From a virus (Duplodnaviria; Caudoviricetes): a stretch of 52,238 bases of DNA. This document shows, one piece after another, positions 27,692-37,646 of this stretch. The stretch lies in IMG/VR virus record IMGVR_UViG_3300048554_000415, positions 1 through 52,238 of that record, one strand, 5' to 3'. The translations under genes and the position numbers were made by a program. Position 1 is the first letter of the stretch. Each line of letters begins with the position of its first letter. A model generated the notes under the pieces. That model worked only from the letters and a program-made list of their open reading frames with translations. It ran no database searches and was not told where the DNA came from.

Positions 27692-28306
27692 ATGGAAAGA
27701 GCAATGAGTCTAGATAATTTAAATGATACATCACTGATAGGAATTGAGGGACATATTAAGATATGGGATCCTGAATCAGGTGAAGTTCTGGTTAAAAGAA
27801 GAAATGCAATTAATTATGAAAACATGAGTATTGCAATAGCTAGTTTACTAGCAAATGAAACAGGTAGTACAGGTACTCACCAAGTTGCTACAATGCGATT
27901 TGGAAACGGCGGTACAACTATCGATGGTGCAGGAACAGTAACTTATAAAGCTACAAATACAAATACTGCTAGTGCCGCACTATACAATCAAACATTTAGT
28001 CAAGCAGTTGACGAAGCAGTAACAGGTAGTGCAGAGAACGGAACAGAAATTGCTCATACAAGTCCAAATACATTTAGTGATGTTGTTATTACTTGTACAC
28101 TAGACTATGGTAGTGTAACTGGACAAGACCTACTAGATACTGCTACTAATATGGACGGAACATATGTGTTTGACGAATTAGCAGTTTATAGTGGCAACAA
28201 CGATTTGTTGACACATGTTGTATTTCATCCTGTACAAAAAAGTGCAAATAGAAAAATACAAGTAATTTACACATTAAGAATTAGATCAAGTTTTGCAGAC
28301 TTGTAA
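27692..28306 (+). CDS. Virion structural protein (baseplate/tail-collar type)
   Basis: IEGHIKIWDPESGEVLV..RNAI, FDELAV, LLTHVVFHPVQKS..R.IQVIYTLRI. The start is probably ATG 27692 or 27704, not the TTG at 27617. Confidence 0.7.
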   Translation: MERAMSLDNLNDTSLIGIEGHIKIWDPESGEVLVKRRNAINYENMSIAIASLLANETGSTGTHQVATMRFGNGGTTIDGAGTVTYKATNTNTASAALYNQTFSQAVDEAVTGSAENGTEIAHTSPNTFSDVVITCTLDYGSVTGQDLLDTATNMDGTYVFDELAVYSGNNDLLTHVVFHPVQKSANRKIQVIYTLRIRSSFADL

Positions 28307-28317
28307 AGGGAAAAGAC

Positions 28318-29241
28318 ATGCCGTATACAATAGATTATAGCCAAAGTAGTAAAACAGCAATAGTTGTAAATGATGGAACAATTGATACCAGTACTAGCAT
28401 TGGGCTAATTGGTAAAAACTACACACGTTTTGGGGAAACACTGAACGAAAATATGTTGCATCTATTAGAAAATTTTGCTAATAGCAGTGCTCCTAGCAAT
28501 CCAACTGAAGGTCAACTTTGGTACGACACAGCAAACAGCCAACTTAAAATATACGATAACGGTGTTTGGAGTGTAATTTTAAGTGGTGCTGGTACAACCA
28601 AAATTGAATTTCGAAACAGGAAAGATACAGGCGGCAACTTTCATAAAACGATAGAACATATTGTAGATTCAAATATTGTAACAATTATGACAGATGATAC
28701 TGTAGCTTGGACACCTCATGTAGATGAAAAACTAGAAGATGGTGTAACGGCATTAAGCACACAGTTTCCTACTATACAAGCTGGCACAACAATGAACAAC
28801 ACAACACATTACAAATTTAGAGGTACAGCAACCAGTGCAGAATATGCTGACCTTGCAGAACGTTATGAGGCAGATGCTGTGTATACTGAAGGCACAGTTG
28901 TTAGACTAGGCGGCGACAAAGAAATTACACAAACAACATTAGGTGGTGATCCTGATGTATTTGGAGTTATTAGTACAGCACCGGGATTTGAATTGAACGC
29001 AAGTGCAGGAACAGATAAAACACATCCGTTTGTAGCACTAGCAGGGCGAGTGCCTTGCAAAGTCGTTGGCAAAGTAGCCAAAGGACAGAGACTTATTTCG
29101 TCTGAGAAACACCCAGGATTTGCAAAAGCAGACTGGGGACAAAACGAAACGTCTTTTTGGGCACAAATTATTGGAAGAGCGTTAGAAGACAAAACTACAG
29201 CTGGAAAAGGTACAATAGAAATAGTGGTAGGAGCCAAGTAA
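28318..29241 (+). CDS. Short tail-fibre-like protein with C-terminal intramolecular chaperone/autoprotease (Peptidase_G2-like)
   Basis: N-terminal LIGKNY..FGE..NEN..HLLENFA...P.NP.EGQLWYD. C-terminal YADLAERY, GTVV, FGVIST, VALAGRVP. Confidence 0.7.
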   Translation: MPYTIDYSQSSKTAIVVNDGTIDTSTSIGLIGKNYTRFGETLNENMLHLLENFANSSAPSNPTEGQLWYDTANSQLKIYDNGVWSVILSGAGTTKIEFRNRKDTGGNFHKTIEHIVDSNIVTIMTDDTVAWTPHVDEKLEDGVTALSTQFPTIQAGTTMNNTTHYKFRGTATSAEYADLAERYEADAVYTEGTVVRLGGDKEITQTTLGGDPDVFGVISTAPGFELNASAGTDKTHPFVALAGRVPCKVVGKVAKGQRLISSEKHPGFAKADWGQNETSFWAQIIGRALEDKTTAGKGTIEIVVGAK

Positions 29242-30429
29242 ATGGTTCAAATTATTGGTGAACTAGCAACAAACGAACATTACAATCTTGTTGCTGTAGA
29301 TGTAAACAAAGTTTTTGGCGACAAGTATCCAACTGCGGCGGTTACAGATGCGTCTAGAAAAAATACACACAAGTTTGGGTGGGGTGCAGTCAATATTGCA
29401 GATGCACTTGTAGACGGAACATTAATTACTGCTGAAAGATTACAAGAACTTGTAACAAGAACTAATATTAGTATTGATCATACTGAAATAACTGACAGTA
29501 CAATAATATTTGCAGTACCTGCAAACAGAACTACAGTTTCAATGGGCACAGCGATAAGAGCAGAAGATTTAAATTTAATTAGATCAAAATTTGCTCCTAT
29601 ATTGCTAGACAATAAACATGCAACTGTTGATCCTAGTAATGCTAGTGCTTTTGTAGCAAACACATCAAACTATAATAGAACAGCAACATGGGATCATCAG
29701 CTAAACGGTGAACACAAATTTGAATGGGCAGACTATAATTCAGCTAGATACTTTTTTAATGGTGGTGGACAGCTTAGAGTAAGTTTGAACATGGCAGGCG
29801 GCAGTACAGCAGGATACTACAACTGGAGTGACGTAATTAACGAAATGGGTGTTCTCAACTTTACTTGGGACACAGTTACACAGAGTAGTGCTAAGACAAG
29901 CGGAACAAGTGCAGGAAAAGGTTTTTATGACCTTACACCATTTTATGGTGATGGCTCAGATGCTGGCGCGGCAGATGAAGGATTATTGTTTACATCAAGC
30001 GGTGTTACAATAGATAGAAAAGTTGGAACGTATCCAGGTCAATATGGTTATGGATATGGTTATATTAGTCCTGAAGGTAACTATGCGGCTTGGGCAGATC
30101 CTGCAATTAGAGGCACAGGCTACGGATATGGATATGGCGGCTACGGATATGGGTACAGTGGCATTTATGTAAGTTCATACAGTCGCTATAGTACATATCA
30201 GCAGTTAAAATTTAGACTTTACGGAAAGTACATTAATAACGGCGCCGGAGTGCAATTTAAATTGGTTTTAGATGACACTACACATGCTAATATTGTTGAC
30301 GGAAGTATCACTCCAACATGTAGTTACTTAATGCCTGATACATTAACTATTGGTACAACTAGTTTTGATGTTAGCCCTGCTCCTACATTTGCAGTTACTA
30401 ACAACTTCGTAAACTTCGATGACAGCTAA
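29242..30429 (+). CDS. Virion structural protein with a Gly-Tyr-rich insert
   Basis: ARYFFNGGGQLR and GFYDLT motifs. GYGYGY repeats at about 30036-30200. Last gene of the structural run. Confidence 0.6.
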   Translation: MVQIIGELATNEHYNLVAVDVNKVFGDKYPTAAVTDASRKNTHKFGWGAVNIADALVDGTLITAERLQELVTRTNISIDHTEITDSTIIFAVPANRTTVSMGTAIRAEDLNLIRSKFAPILLDNKHATVDPSNASAFVANTSNYNRTATWDHQLNGEHKFEWADYNSARYFFNGGGQLRVSLNMAGGSTAGYYNWSDVINEMGVLNFTWDTVTQSSAKTSGTSAGKGFYDLTPFYGDGSDAGAADEGLLFTSSGVTIDRKVGTYPGQYGYGYGYISPEGNYAAWADPAIRGTGYGYGYGGYGYGYSGIYVSSYSRYSTYQQLKFRLYGKYINNGAGVQFKLVLDDTTHANIVDGSITPTCSYLMPDTLTIGTTSFDVSPAPTFAVTNNFVNFDDS

Positions 30430-30436
30430 AAAACTG

Positions 30437-30466
30437 TTGACAAACCTTACATAAATAAGTTATAGT
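30437..30466 (+). promoter_or_regulatory. Nested sigma70 and late promoter at the head of the glycan island
   Basis: TTGACA (30437-30442), 18 bp, TATAGT (30461-30466), with CATAAATA (30450-30457) in the spacer. AAGGAG SD before 30494. Confidence 0.7.
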
Positions 30467-30493
30467 AGTAGTTAACTATAAAGGAGAAACTCT

Positions 30494-30841
30494 ATGGATG
30501 AGAGACTCGAAAAAGCGTTAGAATTTGCTAATTATCGAATTACATTAGGAAATCAGAAACGTACATTAGAGCAACGCACACAGGTATTGCAAACAGTACA
30601 CTATGCAAAGGGCGTATTTGTTGCAAATATGACCACCATTGCATTTGTAAAAGCATTAGTTGATTTAGATAAAACACAAGCAATTATTTTGGATACAAAG
30701 AAAAATCCAATACAAGTGGATGATACAACTGAATTTTTAGAAACACTGTTAAGTGCCTATACCGAAGCTACGAATGCTTACAAAGTGCAATCGGATAAAA
30801 TTAAAAAAGCAAGAAATATTAAGAGCTTAATGGATTGGTAA
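30494..30841 (+). CDS. Hypothetical protein (possible fibre-assembly chaperone)
   Basis: 115 aa, helical, strong SD. Function is inferred only from position. Confidence 0.65.
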   Translation: MDERLEKALEFANYRITLGNQKRTLEQRTQVLQTVHYAKGVFVANMTTIAFVKALVDLDKTQAIILDTKKNPIQVDDTTEFLETLLSAYTEATNAYKVQSDKIKKARNIKSLMDW

Positions 30842-30844
30842 AAG

Positions 30845-31744
30845 ATGTCTGAGAAGCAAGGAAATGGCATCTGTATGTTCTGTTATAATAATGAACAGTT
30901 AGATTACGGTAAGTTTGCTGTTCTAGCCGCAACATATGCTAAAAAACAAACAGGATTGCCAGTAACAGTAATAACAGACGATGGATCTAAAGATTACTTG
31001 TATGAACAGCGTGGTGCTGAACTAGTTGATAGTGTCATTGACAGTTTTGTTATAGATGCTCCTAATTTAGATATTAGAAATCCTAGGCGGCATATGGATA
31101 GTCCTTGGACAGAATTTAATGCTCCTTTTTTTAATAGTAACAAGCATAAAGTTTTTGAACTTACACCTTATGAGCGTACACTACTGATTGATACTGATTT
31201 TCTAATTACTAATAACTTTTATAACTATATCTTTGACACAGACGAACCTCTTGCTCTGCATAGGTTTGCACAGTATATTGGCTCAGAGGTTCCTTATAGA
31301 AACGAAGTGACCCTTAACGATGCTGGAATTAATCACTGGTGGAGTACCGTGGTTTACTTTGATCAAAGTGAAGAAAGTAAACTGTTTTTTGATATATGGA
31401 GTCACGTAAAAGATAATTGGGAATACTATAGCTTGCTGTATCAATTTCCAAAAATGTTGTTTAGAACTGACTTTTGTGTTAGTATTGCTTGTCACATGCT
31501 CAACGGTATGAACAATAGTGATTTTGTACACGACTTTAAAGGTGTCCCTTTACTTAATATGGATCAAAAAGATGATATTGCAAAAGTAAACGGTTATGGC
31601 GATGTTGTATTTTTTAAACACGATAGAAGAGAGCAATGGAAAAATTATTTGTTTAGATATGAGAAAGATAACTTACATATTATGAACAAGCGAGCATTGG
31701 ATCGTCATTGGGATTCATTGATGGAAGTGGTTGATAATGGCTGA
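30845..31744 (+). CDS. GT-A fold glycosyltransferase-like (GT8/nucleotide-diphospho-sugar transferase-like)
   Basis: K..VFELTPYERTLLIDTD (DxD) and WSTVVYF. Confidence 0.65.
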   Translation: MSEKQGNGICMFCYNNEQLDYGKFAVLAATYAKKQTGLPVTVITDDGSKDYLYEQRGAELVDSVIDSFVIDAPNLDIRNPRRHMDSPWTEFNAPFFNSNKHKVFELTPYERTLLIDTDFLITNNFYNYIFDTDEPLALHRFAQYIGSEVPYRNEVTLNDAGINHWWSTVVYFDQSEESKLFFDIWSHVKDNWEYYSLLYQFPKMLFRTDFCVSIACHMLNGMNNSDFVHDFKGVPLLNMDQKDDIAKVNGYGDVVFFKHDRREQWKNYLFRYEKDNLHIMNKRALDRHWDSLMEVVDNG

Positions 31745-32648
31745 TGTAGAAATAGAACAAATAGAAGATGCACCCAAAAGAGGATACTTAACAATGGGTA
31801 TCAATACCGGCGAGGATAATGTTCGGTATTGTTATGCACTAGCATGTAGTATAAAATTATGTGATCCAGATGCAAGCATTACACTAGTAGTGGATAAAGG
31901 ACATTTAGGTAGTGTTCAAAAATACTATGAACATGTATTTGACTACATGATAGAATTGCCTTACGGTAACAGTGCTCACCAAGATGGATTTCATGGCATG
32001 AACTTTTGGCAAGTAATACATGCTTCACCTTATGAGGACACTATCTATGTAGATTACGATACACTGTTTTTAAATGTAGACACTGAACTCCTATGGGATA
32101 CTATGGCCAATGGAGATATCAGCGTTCCTAAGTTAGCAAAGAGTTTTAAAAATTACAGTGCTCCTACAGCATGGCGTTTTGAATATGAGTATCATTATAA
32201 GTTGCCTAGATTATACTATAACATTATGTATTTTAATAAGAATAGTAAACTAGCTCTACAATGGTTTAAGATGGCAGATCCAGTTATGCAAAACTGGAGA
32301 GATGTATATAGTAAGTTACTCACAGAGAAAAGACCAAACGACTTTTATAAAAATTTACTTAGTAATATAACCACATACTATTTAGATATGGCAGATGAGA
32401 TGAAAGTAGATATATCAGAACATTATGATCTACATTCACTAAGTCATGGTGTATTTCCTAGTCCAGACGAAGTGCCTACAAACTGGACCGATATGTTAAA
32501 TTATTGGGTTACTCCTGGTAGGAAAATACAAATCGAAAATAGTGTATTAAGTAGTGGAATTATTCACTATAGTGACGAAACGTTTTTAACAGATGAAGTA
32601 GTAAATGTCTTTAGAACCAGTCTTATTGAGAGATTACAAACGAGATAA
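31737..32648 (+). CDS. GT-A fold glycosyltransferase-like, paralogue of the upstream gene
   Basis: RGYL, AL..SIK, SPYEDTIYVDYD (DxD), IMYFNK, IIHY. ATG at 31737. Confidence 0.65.
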   Translation: MADVEIEQIEDAPKRGYLTMGINTGEDNVRYCYALACSIKLCDPDASITLVVDKGHLGSVQKYYEHVFDYMIELPYGNSAHQDGFHGMNFWQVIHASPYEDTIYVDYDTLFLNVDTELLWDTMANGDISVPKLAKSFKNYSAPTAWRFEYEYHYKLPRLYYNIMYFNKNSKLALQWFKMADPVMQNWRDVYSKLLTEKRPNDFYKNLLSNITTYYLDMADEMKVDISEHYDLHSLSHGVFPSPDEVPTNWTDMLNYWVTPGRKIQIENSVLSSGIIHYSDETFLTDEVVNVFRTSLIERLQTR

Positions 32649-33615
32649 ACCTCCTACTAAGTGGTGTGTTTATTTTGATGATGAAACAGGCGATATTGTT
32701 ACTGTAACAAATCGCAAGAAAGACTTTCTCAAAGAGTCTTTCATCGAAACTGATGACAATAATGCAAAACTAATGCTTATGGGTGAAGTAGATCCTAAGA
32801 AGTTTTCGGTAGTTGAAATAGAACAACAACTTAAACTTGTTGAAAAATCTGCGGTACTCAGAATTAAGAAAGCTGAAAACAGACTTAGTATTGTTCCGCT
32901 TAGTGCTAAAAAGAGAGCAGATGTTAATATAACAATGTATCTAAACAGTTGGAAGATGGAAGTTAACTTTAATCAAGATACACTGTATAGAATGACCGGT
33001 AAACGCTACTTTAAAAATGTAAGTTTAAATCCAGAACAACAAGGAAAGTACGACCCGATCGTATTTTACCTTATAAAAAATAATGATCCTAATCACTTGT
33101 TAAGGACTATTGAAATTGACCCCGGTGAGCTTATTGAAGAAGGTTACTTGATATTTGATATGTCTCCTCTGAGATCATATGCAGGTCTAGGCGAGATAAG
33201 TATATTGACTAAGAAGATATTTTCTTCTTACGGTTTGACCAGAAAGTCAAATTTCACAGGCACTGACTACACAACTAGATTTCAAAAACGTAGAATGTTC
33301 TCAGTACCAACACCGCAACAGAAACAAATAGATAGTCAATTTACAGTGTTTTACAGAAATAATAGATACTACTTAAAAAGTAATTTTGATGATCCGCAAG
33401 AGGAAAAAATATATTCTGATATAGCAATATATCTGACAGACAAAACCAATCCGAGTAACTTATTGGGTCACTTAACTTTGCCAGTAAGCGATATCGGATG
33501 GAAAAGCACTATAGAGCTTGACACAACAGTTAACCTATTTAACTGTGGCATACTAGCTTCTGATGCAACAAAAAACATATCAATAGACTATATCACTGAA
33601 GGAGCCAAAGAATAA
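32605..33615 (+). CDS. Hypothetical protein
   Basis: 336-aa ORF coupled within the operon. Apparent internal duplication (IVFYLIKNNDPNHLL / IAIYLTDKTNPSNLL). Confidence 0.7.
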   Translation: MSLEPVLLRDYKRDKPPTKWCVYFDDETGDIVTVTNRKKDFLKESFIETDDNNAKLMLMGEVDPKKFSVVEIEQQLKLVEKSAVLRIKKAENRLSIVPLSAKKRADVNITMYLNSWKMEVNFNQDTLYRMTGKRYFKNVSLNPEQQGKYDPIVFYLIKNNDPNHLLRTIEIDPGELIEEGYLIFDMSPLRSYAGLGEISILTKKIFSSYGLTRKSNFTGTDYTTRFQKRRMFSVPTPQQKQIDSQFTVFYRNNRYYLKSNFDDPQEEKIYSDIAIYLTDKTNPSNLLGHLTLPVSDIGWKSTIELDTTVNLFNCGILASDATKNISIDYITEGAKE

Positions 33616-34592
33616 TGAGCAATACGCCAATTACAGAATTCGACATCGTATTCATTAGCTATGATGAGCCAAACGCTGAACAAAATTATGCAGACCTATT
33701 GGACAAGTGTCCTTGGGCCAAACGCAGTCACGGAGTATGGGGTAGCGATGCCGCACACAAAGCCGCGGCGGCATTAAGCGAAACAGAGAGATTTATTACT
33801 GTAGATGCTGATAACATTGTAAGAGAAGATTTTTTCAACAACGAACTTGATATGAGTCGTGTTAGACAAACTGATGTTATTAGTTGGGCAGGTAAAAATA
33901 CAGTAAATGGGTTAGTATATGGTAACGGTGGTATCAAGTGTTGGCCCGTAGATGTTGTCAATAATATGCGTACACATGAAGCGGCACCTGAAAGTGATAA
34001 AGCCGCACAGGTTGACTTTTGTTGGAATATACGTTATATACAAATGAATAATGTGTACTGTGATGTAATGAACAACGGCTCACCATTACAAGCATGGAGA
34101 GCAGGCTTCCGTGAAGGTGTAAAGATGGGACTAGAGGGAGGAGATGTTGTTGACCCTATGGAACTAAAGAAAATACATCAGGAAAACTTTAAACGCTTGT
34201 TAGTATGGATGACTGTAGGTGAAGATGCAACAAACGGTTTATGGGCAATTTATGGTGCAAGACTTGGATGTCATATGACCAACGTTGAAAGACGCAAATG
34301 GGACTGGCGTAATGTTAGAGACTTTGATTGGCTCAGCAATTACTTTAAAGAAGAATTATTTCCAGAGTTTGAAGGCGGTGACGAACTGTGTGTGAATACA
34401 GGATTAACTTGGGATTGGAATAAACTCAAAGCCAAAACTGTACAACTAGGCGAAGACCTCAGAGGCAAACTGGATTTAGAAATTAGTGATTTAGATCACA
34501 CAGGTAGTAGATTCTTTAAGAAGGTTTATAAAAATCCTCATAGAATGGGTGCTATGGTGAGAGAAGACCAAGTGGATGATAGTATTGAGTAA
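33615..34592 (+). CDS. GT2-like glycosyltransferase
   Basis: DIVFISYDEP, FITVDADN (DxD), NGLVYGNGGIK, AWRAGFREGVK. Confidence 0.7.
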   Translation: MSNTPITEFDIVFISYDEPNAEQNYADLLDKCPWAKRSHGVWGSDAAHKAAAALSETERFITVDADNIVREDFFNNELDMSRVRQTDVISWAGKNTVNGLVYGNGGIKCWPVDVVNNMRTHEAAPESDKAAQVDFCWNIRYIQMNNVYCDVMNNGSPLQAWRAGFREGVKMGLEGGDVVDPMELKKIHQENFKRLLVWMTVGEDATNGLWAIYGARLGCHMTNVERRKWDWRNVRDFDWLSNYFKEELFPEFEGGDELCVNTGLTWDWNKLKAKTVQLGEDLRGKLDLEISDLDHTGSRFFKKVYKNPHRMGAMVREDQVDDSIE

Positions 34593-35359
34593 TGATAACA
34601 GTATTAGTGACAGGCGGCTTTGATCCTCTACACAGTGGACATATAGAATATTTTAAAGCCGCTAAAGCCTTGGGCGATCGACTTGTGGTTGGTATAAACA
34701 GTGACGAATGGCTTGCTCGTAAAAAAGGAAGAGCGTTTATGCCGTTTACGGAACGTGCGGCAATTATTAGAGAGCTAGAAGTAGTAGATAAAATAATTGG
34801 ATTTGATGATAGTGATGATACAGCAAATCAAGGAATATTTTTAGCATTATCTACTTCAGCTGGAAAAATTATTTTTGCCAACGGCGGAGATAGAAGCAAC
34901 ACTACAACTCCAGAATACGAAGCGTATGGAAATCATCCAGATGTAGAATTTGCATTTGGAGTAGGTGGTGATGATAAAAAGAATTCAAGCAGTTGGATAT
35001 TAGATGAATGGAAAACACAAAAGACTGAACGTGACTGGGGTTATTGGCGTGTACTTGACGATAAACAGCCAAGAGTTGGACAAAAAGTAAAAGAGCTTGT
35101 CATTAAACCTAGTTGTAGTTTAAGCGATCAACGTCACAAGTATAGGAGTGAACATTGGTATGTACTAGAAGGTGAAATACAAATTGACTTAGAATTCCCC
35201 AATGGAGAAACGCAAATACAAATGCTTGAAGCATATACAAATTTTTTAATAAGACCTGAATGGTGGCACAAGACCACTAACATAGGAGATACTCCTGCAC
35301 ACATAGTAGAAATACAATACGGCGAACAGTGTGAAGAAAACGATATCGAAAGAAGATAA
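34592..35359 (+). CDS. Fusion of a cytidylyltransferase-like (TagD/RfaE-II) domain and a type II mannose-6-phosphate-isomerase-like cupin
   Basis: TGGFDPLHSGH, GINSD, FANGGDR, KNSSS, followed by RDWGYWRVL, LSDQRHKYRSEHWYV, IVEIQYG..C.E.DIER. Confidence 0.85.
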   Translation: MITVLVTGGFDPLHSGHIEYFKAAKALGDRLVVGINSDEWLARKKGRAFMPFTERAAIIRELEVVDKIIGFDDSDDTANQGIFLALSTSAGKIIFANGGDRSNTTTPEYEAYGNHPDVEFAFGVGGDDKKNSSSWILDEWKTQKTERDWGYWRVLDDKQPRVGQKVKELVIKPSCSLSDQRHKYRSEHWYVLEGEIQIDLEFPNGETQIQMLEAYTNFLIRPEWWHKTTNIGDTPAHIVEIQYGEQCEENDIERR

Positions 35360-35361
35360 AA

Positions 35362-36969
35362 TTGAATAGTTTAGCTGATATTGATTTTGAGAAGAATAGT
35401 AAAAATGAAATAGTTAAGAGTGTTGATAATACTAGACGTATGAAGACATTGCTTGATAAAACAGGTTGTGGATTCTGTTTGGCTAAGTGGACGCAAGTTA
35501 CAATGCACTTAGGCACTGGACTTACACATAGTTGTCACCATCCAATACCTCACAAGATAGATTTAGAAGAACTTAAAAACAATCCTAGTGCATTACACAA
35601 CACTTCTTATAAAAAGAAACAGCGTAAAGAGATGCTACAAGGAGGACGACCTAAGGAGTGTGATTACTGTTGGCGTATTGAAGACGGCAATGGCGAAGGA
35701 CTAAGTGATAGACATCATAAAAGTTTAAGTGATTTCAGTTTCAATAAGCATGACGAAATTGCACAAATGACAGGTGATGAAAATGTTTATCCGACATACT
35801 TAGAAGTAAGTTTTAGTAATGTATGTAACTTTAAATGTAGTTACTGTGGTCCAGACTTTAGTAGCAAATGGGTACAGGAAATAAACAAACATGGATATTA
35901 TGATTTGCCTGGACAAGGATATAATCATACTGAACATAAACATATTCCAAATAACGAAGACAACCCGTACACTGATGCATTTTGGTTATGGTTTCCGGAC
36001 GCAAGAGAACATTTACACACACTGAGAATTACTGGTGGCGAGCCTTTAATGAGCAAACATACTTTTAAATTGTTAGAAGATATTAGAGATAACCCCACGC
36101 CCGATTTGGAACTTAGTATCAATACAAATGGAAATGCTCCTGCTAAAAATTGGAAACGTTTTTTAGACCTTATAATAGATATTTGTCACAACAACAAAGT
36201 AAAAAAGTTTACACTGTTTACTAGTGCAGAAGCTTTTGGTGAACGTTCAGAGTACAGCAGATATGGTATGGACTTTGAATTATTCCAACAGCAAACACAA
36301 GAGTTTTTAGAAAAAACACACAATACTAGAGTTGTGTTTATGTGTGCTTTTAATATTTTTAGTATTACTAGTTTTAAAGAATTCTTAGAATGGGTATTGT
36401 ATCTAAAAAAAGCCTACAACTTTAATGGTCTAAGCGATTGGATGGAAGGCATTGGGCTTGATCCTGTAAACAACTTGCTGGCGACCGGAGTGCCCAACTA
36501 CGAATACTTCCCTATGCAAACTATAAAGGTTAGAAAAGAAAGAACCAAAGAACAAATATTTGCTAGGGTTGGAATAGATATACCATATGTACGTTATCCT
36601 GATTTTTTAGATGCAAACATTGCAACCAAAGATTTGATAGTAGATTATTTTATGCCAGCACTAAACTTTATGTTTCAGTATGCTGAAAGCAAAGAATGGT
36701 TTGACTGCTTGGGTTTTGAAGATTGGGAAGCACTAAAACTAAAAAGAATCTTTACTAACATTGCATTTCAAGTTGACAGAGATGATGATGAAGACGGATT
36801 ATCTAACAACGAACATGTGTCTAGCAGAAGAGCAAGATTTTATAAATTTGTACAAGAATACGATAAAAGAAGAGGTGTTGACTTTTTAAGTACATTCCCT
36901 GAAATGGCACATTTTTACAATGTATGCGAACAAGAATATGAGAGGTTAAATCAAAATGAGGAAAAGTAA
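35362..36969 (+). CDS. Radical SAM protein with N-terminal SPASM/Twitch-like Cys motifs
   Basis: CNFKCSYC, TGGEPL, INTN. N-terminal FCLAKW..SCHH..CDYCW. TTG start. Confidence 0.9.
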   Translation: MNSLADIDFEKNSKNEIVKSVDNTRRMKTLLDKTGCGFCLAKWTQVTMHLGTGLTHSCHHPIPHKIDLEELKNNPSALHNTSYKKKQRKEMLQGGRPKECDYCWRIEDGNGEGLSDRHHKSLSDFSFNKHDEIAQMTGDENVYPTYLEVSFSNVCNFKCSYCGPDFSSKWVQEINKHGYYDLPGQGYNHTEHKHIPNNEDNPYTDAFWLWFPDAREHLHTLRITGGEPLMSKHTFKLLEDIRDNPTPDLELSINTNGNAPAKNWKRFLDLIIDICHNNKVKKFTLFTSAEAFGERSEYSRYGMDFELFQQQTQEFLEKTHNTRVVFMCAFNIFSITSFKEFLEWVLYLKKAYNFNGLSDWMEGIGLDPVNNLLATGVPNYEYFPMQTIKVRKERTKEQIFARVGIDIPYVRYPDFLDANIATKDLIVDYFMPALNFMFQYAESKEWFDCLGFEDWEALKLKRIFTNIAFQVDRDDDEDGLSNNEHVSSRRARFYKFVQEYDKRRGVDFLSTFPEMAHFYNVCEQEYERLNQNEEK

Positions 36970-37645
36970 ACTATTTGTAGGAGGTTGTAGCTTTAGTGAC
37001 AGGTTTGGCAAAATCAACACCTGTTGGGGAGAAGAACTGGCAAAAATAAAAAATATGGATTATTGTCATGATGCAGTTAGAATATCCGGAAGCAATGACA
37101 GGATATGGCGTATACTGACTGATAAAATTATGTCAGGTGAAATTGAGCCCGAGGACAAGGTAATAGTTCAATATACTTTACCAAGTAGACGAGAGTTTGT
37201 AACTTGGAAAAATCCAAAGAGTGATGTTTACAAGGATAGATTTCCTGGTAGTGAAGAAGATTTGTATCTTGTAAAGTTTAAAGACAAGTCTCATGAATGG
37301 CACAAAGACATAGATGTAAGGGAATTTCTTAAATTATATGAGATCTTTTTCTCTATGGATGAATATGAGAAGCGTATCTTCAATCATCGACAGTATCAGT
37401 TTCAAATGCTGTGTGAGGTTCATAACATAAATGCATTTATTTTAAGCGTTAACACATATACATTTTGGGATAATTGCGATTTTACAACTTCTCAAAAGTT
37501 TAAAAATGAAAGAAGAATATTCAAAGATAATAAATTCGGATATGAAGAAGATGAAAGATACTCAGAAGATGACCCGCATCATTTGAGTGTAAAAGGGCAT
37601 ATTAAATTTGCAAACTTAATCAATAAATGGATTGGACCCAGATAG
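36956..37645 (+). CDS. SGNH hydrolase/acyltransferase-like protein
   Basis: GGCSFS (block I), SGSN, QYT..SRRE, DPHHLSVKGH. Confidence 0.7.
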   Translation: MRKSKLFVGGCSFSDRFGKINTCWGEELAKIKNMDYCHDAVRISGSNDRIWRILTDKIMSGEIEPEDKVIVQYTLPSRREFVTWKNPKSDVYKDRFPGSEEDLYLVKFKDKSHEWHKDIDVREFLKLYEIFFSMDEYEKRIFNHRQYQFQMLCEVHNINAFILSVNTYTFWDNCDFTTSQKFKNERRIFKDNKFGYEEDERYSEDDPHHLSVKGHIKFANLINKWIGPR

Positions 37646-37646
37646 A

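Noticed and set aside
30036-30160. GGATATGG-type DNA repeats as a CRISPR, VNTR or DGR repeat
   Set aside because: Synonymous codon variation shows a protein-level repeat. No spacers and no reverse transcriptase in the window.
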